A DNA stretch of 64,000 nucleotides, taken from Eledone cirrhosa. Its lineage: Eukaryota. The notes under the pieces are model-generated. The model ran no database searches. It saw nothing but the letters and a program-made list of their open reading frames with translations, and was not told the DNA's origin. The position numbers and the translations under genes were made by a program. Where the stretch lies: contig OZ024740.1 in NCBI GenBank assembly GCA_964016885.1, forward strand, positions 308,202,001-308,266,000, read 5' to 3'. This document shows, in pieces, positions 52,835 through 64,000 of this stretch (position 1 is the first letter of the stretch; each line of letters starts with the position of its first letter).

Positions 52835-53612
52835 TGTGTGTATCATACAATGTACTCAATGTAAGGTATCGATACACAAGAAGTGTAGTGGGATTGTAGG
52901 CAGACTAACAGAAAAAATAGACTTTACATGTAGCAGATCCACAGGAATAGTATGTAGTAAGACCAGCAGTGAAATAAATATTTTCCACACTCAGGAAGGT
53001 ACAATAGAAGTAGTTGATAGTTTCTGCTACTTAGATGACTTAATTAGCAGTAGAGAAGGTTGTTCTAAGAGCATAGTATTTAGAATAAGAACAGAGTGGA
53101 AAAAGTTTAAGGAACTACTACCTCTGTTGATAACAGATTTTCTCCAAGCGAAGTGTAGATTGTATGATACCTGCATGAAAAGTGGAATGTTGCATGGCAG
53201 TGAGATATGGGTGGTAAATGCAGAGGATATTTGGAGGCTGGAAAGAAATGAAACAAGTATGCTCAGTTGGATGTGTGCATGAACGGTGAGGCATGGATGA
53301 ACTTAGAGAAAAGCTTGATATAAGATGAATCAGATGTAGCATGCAAGAGAGAGAAGATTGCACTGGTGTAGACATGTGATGCATATCGATCATGAATACT
53401 GGGTAAAGAAAAACCAAGCAATACCACTCAAAGGAAGCTATAGTAGAGAAAGACGTAGAAAAACCTGGGCAGAGGTGGTTAGTGCTGATCTCAAAGCACT
53501 GAACTTCATAGTGGAGATGATAAAGGAATGTTATGAGTGGAGGGAAGCTGTGCTGGAAAGGACCTGTCCAATCCATGCAAGCATGGAAAAGCAGATGTAG
53601 AAATGATGATGA
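52835..53612 (+). mobile_element. Older RTE LINE fragment
   Basis: ORF 52830-53282 with CTQC..IHKKC..FTC finger remnant and MLHGSE; (ATG)n tail. Confidence 0.8.
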
Positions 53613-53834
53613 TCATCAGCATTATCTCTACTGTTTTATATCCATCTTTATATGGGATGGACAAGTCTTCTCCAGCATTGATTCTCTCCACTTGTTACAT
53701 TCCTTTATTATCTCTCTTGTGAGGTTGAACAATTTGAGATTAGCTCTCTCAAGTTCAACCCAGGTATATATATATACATAGTCACACATATATAGAATAC
53801 TATCTAATGAGATGTTATAGGACTAAATAATAAT

Positions 53835-54017
53835 TGTTTCTACTTTAGGCACAAGGCCAGCAAATTACCCAGTGTATTACTGGTACTTTATTTTATCGAC
53901 CCCGTAAGGATGAAAGACAAAGTCAACCGCGGCGGGATTTGAACTCAGATCGTAAAGGGACGTAACTATGCTGGAAAGCATGGTGTCCGACTCTCTACCG
54001 ATACTGCCAATCCACAG
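53835..54017 (-). mobile_element. Full Meta-like SINE with 12-bp TSD
   Basis: CTAAATAATAAT at 53823-53834 and 54018-54029. Confidence 0.85.
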
Positions 54018-54398
54018 CTAAATAATAATGTCTTATGATAGAGCTATCATGCATATTGTTATGTGTAATAATCATTGAATTGTATGATAGTATAGTGTCC
54101 TTAGGCATATTACTATATTACTTCTTATGTGACATGTGAACCAATATTTCAAGTATGCTGGATCTCTGCTGTCTCCTTTGTATGTGCACATTTCTCACAT
54201 TGGCATCAGGATGTTAATACATATTTCAAAAACATTTGCATTTGCAACATAAGTAATGTATTGTACATTCGAATCAAGGATTCTGAGGAATAAAAACTCG
54301 TTTCTGAAGTATTCACAGTATTTCAAGTATCAAGAATGTTTCTGTTACAACCATGATCTGTTCAATAATCTAACTTTATTTTTCCTTTTATTTTGCAG

Positions 54399-54596
54399 GA
54401 TGCTGGTGCTGGTTTGATAGCAGCTTCCTTAATCTCTATTGTTCCTGGCTACATTTCAAGATCTGTGGCTGGCTCTTATGATAATGAAGGAATTGCCATT
54501 TTCTGTATGTTGCTCACTTATACCATGTGGATCAAGGCTGTGAAAACTGGCTCTCTCTTTTGGGGCTCGATGTGTGCCCTGGCTTATTTTTACATG
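54399..54596 (+). CDS. STT3A: STT3A coding exon 4 (DAGAGL...[16 protein letters not shown]...AYFYM)
   Basis: Metal-binding DNE motif; TTTTGCAG acceptor, ATG|GTAAAA donor; 66 codons. Confidence 0.97.
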
Positions 54597-54996
54597 GTAA
54601 AAACATTCTCGTATATGATATCTGTCTCTGTTGAATAACATCTAGTCATTTCTGTCCATGTAGTCCTATAGTATAGTATAGTAATGAAGCAAATGTTTGT
54701 GAAAAATGAGTTGTTCTGACTCTGGATATATTGTACTTGAGTCTGGTGAGAGACAACAGTGCACTACTTGGTGTGAAGTGTTTTATTCTGCATATAGTTT
54801 ATCCAGTTTACTGACTGCTGTCTTCTCATTAAATGAAAGTAGTCTGGGGGCTGGTATATCTGTCAAATGGTAACTCAGGGGTTTCAAGTCAACTGTGGCA
54901 AGAGCAGAAACCTGACATAGACCAAAAATGTAGGTGAAGTGTGTAAAGTATATTTATTGAAATTTATTAAAAATTTGTTTTTAGACATTTTTGTTA

Positions 54997-55410
54997 TCAT
55001 CATCATCGTTTAACGTCCATATTCCACGCTTGCATGGGTTTGGACGGGAGTTTTCCCACTTGAGGCAAGAGTGGTTGTCTTGCTCGTATAGGACTGTCTG
55101 GCGGGTTTTCTATGGCTGGATGCCCTTCCTAACACCAACCACATTTACAGTGTGGAACTGGGAGGTTTTTTACCGTGTTACCTACACGGCCACATTTTGA
55201 GAGAGAACCCTTTAGCGGCCAATAGTGGTATAAGCTCTCTGAACTTTTTCCATCCCGTTCTGACTCTAGCTACTGTACTTTCAGAGCACCCTCCACCACT
55301 GCTGATTTTGTCACCCAGGTAACGGAAGGTGTCCACTATTTCTATAGAACCATCTGTGCAATGGAATGAGCTAGTATTCTGTGGGCACTTGCTGCTACTT
55401 ATTGCACCAG
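54997..55410 (-). mobile_element. RTE LINE copy with internal deletion
   Basis: 3'UTR joined directly to RT sequence at ~55193-55198 via CATT microhomology; (TA)n at the 5' end. Confidence 0.85.
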
Positions 55411-55949
55411 ATATATATATATATATATATATATATAATGGGTGGGTGTCTACAGATAGACAGACAGATACAGGATTTCCAAATTGGACTACAAGTAGTA
55501 GACTATACTACTTTTAAGGACAGCACACTGCTATTAAATACTTGCATGATTTTTGCTCTGTTTCACTCAGCTGTTATTTCACTTATATATATTTAATTTT
55601 GTCATATACTTTGGCGACTTAGTACACAATTTAGTATAATAATATGCCAATAGATGCACCCAGTTCAGGATACTATTATAAGTGATAGGGTATATAAGCC
55701 CCTTGATTACATATGGATTGTGGTTGTTAATGTCTTCTGATGAAAACCCAACTAGGCTTGAAAACCTATTTATAAGAAAATACATATATTTGACATGTTT
55801 CATGTCTCTATACTAACAATGTGTAAATTTATATACACATTTATGTAGTCTTGGTTACTTCTATTTTATATATATACAGATGTAACTATCATATATATAA
55901 TGATTGTGAACTTCAACTTATGTTCCATTTTCTTTACCCACTTTTGCAG

Positions 55950-56060
55950 GTCTCCTCGTGGGGTGGCTATGTTTTCTTAATCAACTTGATCCCACTTCAT
56001 GTAATTGCTCTGATGATCACTGGACGCTTCTCCCATCGTATCTATGTGGCTTACTCAACG
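55950..56060 (+). CDS. STT3A: STT3A coding exon 5 ([18 protein letters not shown]...[11 protein letters not shown])
   Basis: WGGY motif; TTTTGCAG / ACG|GTAAGT; 37 codons. Confidence 0.97.
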
Positions 56061-56677
56061 GTAAGTTTGTTTCCTTTATTGCCTCTCAACACAATCTCTA
56101 TAGTCCATACTACCACAGCAACCATCATTATCAACTCTACTAATAACACTACCCCATCACAATCCTCATAACCATTGCCACTTCAATCATCTGCACCATT
56201 GCCACTATCATAATTAACACCACCACCTTCCTCTATCCATTGTCACCATATTCATTCTGAATGCCACCATCATTGTCGCAATCATTCATCGATTATGACA
56301 CTATCACATATCTGGTTGACTCTGCAGGTAACTAGTTCAAGCCTTACTTCGCCAGATATTTTCAGCATCATTGTGATGATCCTAGATGGCCAAGTGGCTT
56401 TTCAATTCATATTTGTAATATTTCAATATGCCATTGAGGAAAATAAAAACTACCTTTAAATTCCCTGAATATTATTAAAGTAAAGTTTGAACATATGACC
56501 ATGTGGCCAATAACCTAGCACCTTAACATCACTGCCTGTGTTAACAACAATTACTGAATCAGCTTCTTTTTTTCTAGTTCTTTTTTCTCTTGTTTATTAT
56601 AAACCCATTTATACTTTTTAAAGAATACTTTGTGTGAATTCTTTAATACTTATGTTACATCTCTCTCTTATTTTCAG

Positions 56678-56758
56678 GTGTACTGTCTCGGCACTGTTCT
56701 CTCTATGCAGATTTCCTTTGTTGGTTTCCAGCCTGTCCAATCAAGTGAACACATGGCG
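56678..56758 (+). CDS. STT3A: STT3A coding exon 6 ([27 protein letters not shown])
   Basis: Not in the ORF track; translated by hand; TTTTCAG / GCG|GTAAGT; 27 codons. Confidence 0.96.
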
Positions 56759-57407
56759 GTAAGTTAACACCTTACATACTTTTCATCACAAAATAAATCA
56801 ACATCTTTGAATAGTATATTTCTTACTGAAATATCTTATATTTCCGCCTCCAGCGTCTTACGCTCATATTTCCACCTCTGGTGTCCTCTCATATTTCTAC
56901 ATGGTCTTGTGCCCTATCCCTCTGGATGCCGTCTTGAGCCAACCAATGCCTTGTGACTGAATTTGGTAGACAGGAACTGTGAAGAAGCCTGTTGTCTCTC
57001 TACTTCTCTTTCCTTCTCTCTATATATGTGTGTGTTTGTTTATGTAGTTTATTGCTTGCATCTTCAGATATGTATAATTTAAAGCAGTGACATTTGTTTT
57101 TGTCCTGCATAAACTATATGTTCTGCAGCATATTAGTTTAATGAAAGTAAGGTGTCAGGAAGGCCATTCAGCCATAGAAAAATTGCTTCAAAAAGTCCCA
57201 TCCAGCATATGCCAGCATGTAAAAAGCAGATGTAAAAATGATGATTATGACAAAACAGGAAAATATCTAAATCTGCTAGCTTTGAAAATGGATTTTAAAT
57301 AAAAAGTTTAACATCATGTGCTAAGACATCTAAGAAGTGAATTTAAGAATACAGTCAAGTCTTTAAAATGTTATCAACTCTGCCCAAAGTCCTTTTGTTG
57401 CTATGGA

Positions 57408-57800
57408 ATCATCATCATCACCATTTAATATCCATTTTCTATGCTAGCATAGGTTAGACGGGTTGTCCCATTGTGATACAAGCCAGGTCAGGTGACCATA
57501 TTTTGCTCATACAGAACTGATTTGGGCTTGGTTTCTATGGCTGGATGCACATCCTAATGCTGACCACATTTATAGTGTGGGCTGGGTGCTTTTTATCGTG
57601 ACTCCTACACGACTGCTTTACAGTGTGGGCTGGGTGCTTTTTATCGTGACTCCTACACGACCGCTTTACAGTGTGGGCTGGGTGCTTTTTATCGTGACTC
57701 CTACACGACTGCTTTACAGTGTAGGCTGGGTGCTTTTTGTTGTGACACCGACACGACCACTTTACAGTATGGGCTGGGCACTTTTTGTCATGACACCTAC
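57408..57800 (-). mobile_element. RTE 3'UTR remnant containing a 48-bp tandem array (~4.5 units)
   Basis: (CAT)n tail at ~57408; unit GTGTGGGCTGGGTGCTTTTTATCGTGACTCCTACACGACTGCTTTACA starts at 57575, 57623, 57671 and 57719. Confidence 0.85.
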
Positions 57801-58594
57801 ATATATTCTTACCTTCATTGTTGCTGTCTTACAAACATACATTTTATTGATGGCAACAATAATAAAACATGTGAATTGCTTTACTGCATGATTTGTTTTT
57901 CATTTTACATGTTTACTTTAATAAAAATCATTGCCTCGTGTTTTGGCCTATTTTTCTGTTTAGTTCTTTGTTTCATCCCAACTTCTTTAATATTTTCTAT
58001 CTTAAACATTTAGGGCTAATAATACACAAGTTCCACTAAATTCGTTAGGCATCCAGGACAATACACCTTTCTAGGAAAGTGCACACACACATACACTTTA
58101 TTGAATTTTTGTTTCACCAAATGAGAATTAATAAGGTCTCCAAATTCCATGAAAAAGGGAACTCATGTTGTTCAAACTTTTAACAAGAGCATTTGTGATA
58201 GAAGTAAAATGGCTACAATCAAGAAAAATTTAAACGAGATTGCAGATATGGCTTGCTTGAAAAATAGCTGTTTATTCTATGGAGCTTAACTTCATTATTA
58301 TTTTTAATACAGTGTTAGAATCCATAGAACACCATGCAAAAGACCTTGCTGTATATAGTTGTATTTTTTACATTCTGGGTTCAAATGCTGTCATCTTTAG
58401 CTTTAATCTTTCCATGGTCAATTTGACTGCAACTTTCAGAAAATATAAAATTCATTGATATTTTGATTATTATTTTTATGATTGTTATTAAATATCAGCT
58501 AAATACTGGGGTTGATTTAGTTGACTATATCTCCTTTTTTCTACATTTGTTATTGTAAGAAATCATTATTTTGCCAAATTGTGTTTTTTTGTAG

Positions 58595-58751
58595 GCCTTT
58601 GGTGTCTTTGGACTCTGCCAGATTCATGCCTTTGTTGATTATGTCCGGTCAAAACTAAATAAGGAACAGTTCCAGTTGTTATTCCGCACTATGGTCATGT
58701 TGGCTGGTGGTGGATTCACAATCATTGGTGTTATTCTTACTGTTACTGGAA
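58595..58751 (+). CDS. STT3A: STT3A coding exon 7 ([21 protein letters not shown]...ILTVTG)
   Basis: Hand translation matches STT3A; GTAG acceptor; donor A|GTATCCTTT, phase 1. Confidence 0.95.
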
Positions 58752-59768
<1,017 letters not shown>

Positions 59769-60505
59769 TAATATTATTTTTAGCCAAGTGATGGATTGGT
59801 AGAATCAGTTCAGCATTGGATGAAATGCCCAGCAATATTTTATGTCTATTTATCACCAATAACATCCTGATTCATACTACATTGCAATCTGGAATATCTC
59901 GTGCATTTGATGCTCATACTGTGTACCATACCATAGCTTCAATGTAGATTAGTATCAAGGTAGTCTGCAAGAAAACTTCATCTTTGTGTGGTTCTTATGC
60001 AGAAATTAATGTCACTATCATGTTGCCTTAACTTCATTATCGTGTCACTTACTCTAGCTACATCAATTACTTTATCCATTTCTTTGCCAGCCTACTTTAC
60101 CAACTCCAGCAATATTACCCATTCAGAAAAAATTGTACCTGTGTTCATTAATCATAAAGAGTTTCACTGAGACTCTCTTCATCTTATCTCTTGTACACAG
60201 CTCACGTCCGCTGTAGCATGCCTACAATCTCTTCTGATCTAACTTTCATTATGCCCACAGTGATTGTGGCACACCTGAAAGTTTACTCCTGACAAGGAAA
60301 GCAGAATTGTTAAGGGTATTGTGATTGTTACATGTCTATTTTCTGCATTTCAAAAAGCAACAGTTAGAGCAATCATTTGATTCCAGTTAAAAGGTTCTCA
60401 AACATGCTCAACTGCTGTGCACAACACTAACATGGCAATAACCCTGTATATCTAAGTAGTATTTTTCATTTATTGTAACTCATGATTTTAGTATATATAT
60501 ATATT

Positions 60506-60770
60506 TCATCATCATCATTATCACCATTTTACGTCCATTCTTCCACACTAGCATGGGATAGACGGGTTGTCTTGTTGTGGGCAGTACCCGGTCGGCTGAC
60601 CTTGTCTTGCTCATACAGAAACGGATTTTGGCTTGGTTTCTACAGCTGGATGCCCTTCCTAACACCAACCTCATTTACATTGAGTGCTGGGTGCTTTTTT
60701 TCCATGGCGCCTACACGACCACTTTACAGTGTGGGCTGGGTGCTTTTTTTGCAGTGGGAGGGGGTGGGGC
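60506..60770 (-). mobile_element. RTE 3'UTR fragment
   Basis: (CAT)n tail plus reverse complement of the 44100-44356 3'UTR. Confidence 0.8.
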
Positions 60771-60976
60771 ATATTAGCCACATAGCAAACCCAAGAGGCT
60801 GCCAACAAGAACAGTATTAATGACATTGAAATTAAGTAGGCCAAAAGCTGGAAGAATACCAGTCAAGACTGTCCATAAAGAGAATTTATACCTCCTCCTT
60901 ATTTATGATACACCTGCCACTGACTCCACCCATCGAGCCTTTGTTAGCTGGGAAAACAGACAAATAATGATGTTGA

Positions 60977-61007
<31 letters not shown>

Positions 61008-61739
61008 CTGATTCATTTAAAAAAAGCTTTGAGCAGATTTGAAAATTTTTTTTTTTCTGAAAAGCTATTATTGTGAGTTTAAATGTGAAATGATTGAATA
61101 AGTCAGTTAAATTACCACTGGAGATGGGAAAATATTGTACAGTGTTGTCTGTCATATAGTAGATAACAGCGATATCCACACAACTCTGTCCACTTCTTTT
61201 TCTATTTCCAGGGGTAATTTACCCAACTTATTCAACTATTTTATAGGTAACCTGCATTGTGGCAGCTTTTCAAAAAAGCAAATATACTTTCAAATATGTG
61301 TGTGTATATGTGAAGACATGTGACTGTGGTTAGGATGTTGCATTCACAATCATATGGTTGCGAGTTTGAACCCCAGATTGGGTGGTTTGTCATGTCCTTC
61401 AACAAAATACTTTATTTAATATTACTCCAGTCCATACAGTTGGAAAAAATTAGTTACAGTAATACCTGTGCCAAGTTATATCGGCCTTTACCTTTCTCTT
61501 GAACAATATCGGTGGTGTGGAGACATGTAACTGGCATGCATAAGCAACTGCTGGTCTTACAAAAACAGCTTGCCCAAGTTTGGGTGCAAACCCATGATCA
61601 GTCATACCCCAAAGGGTCCTATTTATGCATAAATAGTGACTTTTTTCCCCTTCTCTATCAAGTTATAAATTAATATAAATATATTGTATACATATATAAT
61701 TAACAAGTTTTAACAATGACCCTGAAGTTTTACTTGTGG

Positions 61740-61947
61740 TCAGCAAGGCGAGTCTTCTGTATTACTGCGTAACACCAAAGATCTTGGTCCAATGACATTG
61801 TCTTGGAGAGGTGTAAGTGTGTAAGGTCGCAATTTATCGTCTCAGGTTTTTCTGGGTCTGCCTACTCCGTAACTTCCGTCAATTTTTATCGCCCTGCACT
61901 TTTTTATACAGCTGTCGTCTTTCATGCGCATCATGTGACCATACCAA
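61740..61947 (-). mobile_element. RTE RT C-terminal fragment abutting the exon 9 acceptor
   Basis: Matches 48148-48357; ends ~23 nt before the AG at 61969-61970. Confidence 0.85.
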
Positions 61948-61970
61948 ATAATGTATATTTTGTTTTATAG

Positions 61971-62053
61971 CTGGTCTATATTTCTGTTTCACCCGATTGA
62001 CTGATGCAAATATCTTCATCATTATGTATGGTGTGACAAGCATCTACTTTGCC
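61971..62053 (+). CDS. STT3A: STT3A coding exon 9 ([28 protein letters not shown])
   Basis: Hand translation; TTTTATAG / GCC|GTGAGT; phases fit exons 8 and 10. Confidence 0.96.
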
Positions 62054-62159
62054 GTGAGTATTTTACTTCTCAATTTTTCATATATTGTTTTGCTATTTCT
62101 AATAAATAAACATTGTTGTCTCTCATTGAGATGAAGCGAGAGTATATTTGAATTCATAG

Positions 62160-62532
62160 AAGAATGAGAAAACTCATTGCTAGAACAACCATTAAGACAG
62201 CCAAATGCTGTCAATGACAGTGATGGGCAAAAGTGTCTCAGAGGACAGAGACCAGCAGCCAGTGTTCGGCAGAGACAATCCATAGGTGGGTGACAGGCAG
62301 ATGAAATATAGGAAAGATTGAGAGAGGAGGAGGACAAAGAGAAGTGTTGGTTTCTCCTTGTCTTCCTCTTCTCTCAATCTTTTCTATATTTCATCTACCT
62401 GTCACCCATCTCATGGATTGTCTCTCTACTGACCACTGGCTGCTGGTCTGTCTTCTGAGGCATTTTTGCCCAGCGCTGTCATTGACAGCATTTGGCTGTT
62501 TTAACAGCTGTCCTAGCGATGAGTTTTCTCAG
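62160..62532. repeat. ~180-bp-arm imperfect inverted repeat (MITE-like foldback) in STT3A intron
   Basis: GAGAAAACTCATTGCTAG...AAAGAGAA (62166-62343) vs TTCTCCTTG...CTAGCGATGAGTTTTCTC (62352-62530); 8-nt spacer. Confidence 0.9.
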
Positions 62533-62741
62533 TTTTGTTATTCCTCTTTCTTGGTGTTATATTAGGTCTTTCTGTCTTTAAAGATTTTGTTCACTTGTGT
62601 TACATTAGGACTCTTTGTTGTTAGTGATATATCATTGTCTTGACTCATTGTCTTTTAACATAGTTTTGTTCTACACCATTGCTATTCCTTTGTTGAATAT
62701 ATTTTTGAAATGTCTAACTTCCATTATGTTCTCTTCTGCAG

Positions 62742-62903
62742 GGTGTGATGGTGCGTTTGATGCTGGTGTTGGCACCAGTTATGTGCATTCTTTCAGGGAT
62801 TGGTCTGTCCTCCACACTAACCACATATATGAAAAATTTAGATTCTACACGCAAAGAGAAAAAGATAAAACGATCAGATTCATCTTATCCACTGAGAAAC
62901 GAA
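62742..62903 (+). CDS. STT3A: STT3A coding exon 10 ([21 protein letters not shown]...YPLRNE); gene continues beyond window
   Basis: Conserved MVRL motif; STT3A-type YPxxNE; CTGCAG / GAA|GTACGT. Ten exons sum to 1365 nt in frame. Confidence 0.96.
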
Positions 62904-63244
62904 GTACGTATACCCACTTTTGTTCTATATGTATTGTAAATTATGTACCTTTCAATATCTGACACTAAAACATATCTCTTAATCCTTTTGATACCAAACT
63001 GCCTGAAACCACCCTTGATTCTATGATATATTTGTTTAAAAGTATTTATATTACCCCTCCCCTATTCACCTTTCCCCGTCATAATACTCTGCCCTCATCA
63101 ACTAAATATATCATTCACCCCGTCCATGTCCAATATGCATAATTGTTCCCTATCCATTTTATGTACTCTCCTGTCCTGTTCAATCCATGCATACAAGCAT
63201 GGAAAGCTCTAAATCTGCTTCCCCCCCCCCTTTCTATAAAGCAC

Positions 63245-63722
63245 TTTCACCATCCTGCATGGAGATCTGGTGCCACAACAAAAGCACCCTGTCCATCCTG
63301 TAATATGATCATACTGGTAACATAACAGGCTTTCTGTTTACCCAGTCCATCCTGTAAGGTGGTCATGCTGGTGACATGACAAAAAACACTTCGTCCACCC
63401 AATCTACCCTCTAAAGTGGATGTGCTGGTGACAACAAAAAGGACCCACGCCACTCTGTGAAGTGGTTGTGCTGGTGACACAACAAAAACCACCCAGTCCA
63501 TTCCACCCTGTTAATTGGTCATTTTGGTGCCTCGATAAAAAGCACCCGGTCCATACTGTAACATTGGTTGGTGTTAGGAATGGCATCCAGCTGTAGAGAC
63601 CAAGCCGAAATACAGATCTGTATGAACACGACGTGGTCAGCTGACCTGACTTGTCTCATAATGTGACAACCCGGCTAACTCATGCAAGCATGGAAAATTG
63701 GACATTAAATGTTATTGATGAG
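63245..63722 (+). mobile_element. RTE 3'UTR remnant with degenerate ~48-bp repeats
   Basis: Repeated ACAACAAAAAGCACCC..TCCA..CTGTAA units then GGTGTTAGGAATGGCATCCAGCTGTAGA. Confidence 0.75.
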
Positions 63723-64000
63723 GATTTATCTAAAAAACTATCACCATAATTTTATGTAAGAACATTTATGTTCCAAACACCAGCTTCGTTATCATCATCA
63801 TCATCGTTTTTACATCCATTTTTTCCCTTCATGCATGGGTTGGATGGATCCTTCTCAGCACGGCATCTCTTCACTCATCGTGATCCTTTGTTTTCTCCTA
63901 AATCCCACCAAATTCTTTATTATTTTTGCAATTATTTGAAAATAATAGGCAGTCTTTTATCAGAAATATGGTAATGAAAGAGTTAATATTACTGTTAATT

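Noticed and set aside
55737-55785. Hammerhead-like CTGATGA...GAAA
   Set aside because: Stem II is imperfect and no valid UH site lines up with a stem I; at most a decayed remnant.
57575-57800. CRISPR-like or coding 16-aa repeat
   Set aside because: Head-to-tail 48-bp repeat that belongs to the RTE 3'UTR.

Overview
AT-rich, microsatellite-laden eukaryotic (metazoan) DNA. The SINE/LINE content looks like a coleoid cephalopod, probably Octopus; this is an inference from repeat families, not a database result. The main gene is STT3A (catalytic subunit of oligosaccharyltransferase) on the + strand. Ten coding exons from 39308 to 62903 splice in frame to 455 codons, and the gene continues past the window end (no WWDYG motif yet). 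A probable non-coding first exon and promoter lie near 28.7 kb. One candidate coding exon of an unidentified, possibly divergently transcribed gene lies on the - strand at 1311-1520. The rest is mostly transposon-derived: many RTE-clade LINE copies (one near full length, with a PHD-type finger inside the RT), tRNA-derived CORE-like and Meta-like SINEs, Tx1-like and Penelope-like fragments, a non-autonomous Helitron and TTAA MITEs. The most notable signals are a U12-type (minor spliceosome) intron in STT3A, a well-formed type I hammerhead-ribozyme fold plus decayed relatives on the sense strand of the putative first intron, a ~1 kb palindrome with an identical core and diverged outer arms, and several intronic dsRNA-forming structures. 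I found no prokaryote-type system. Coordinates and identities were read by eye.
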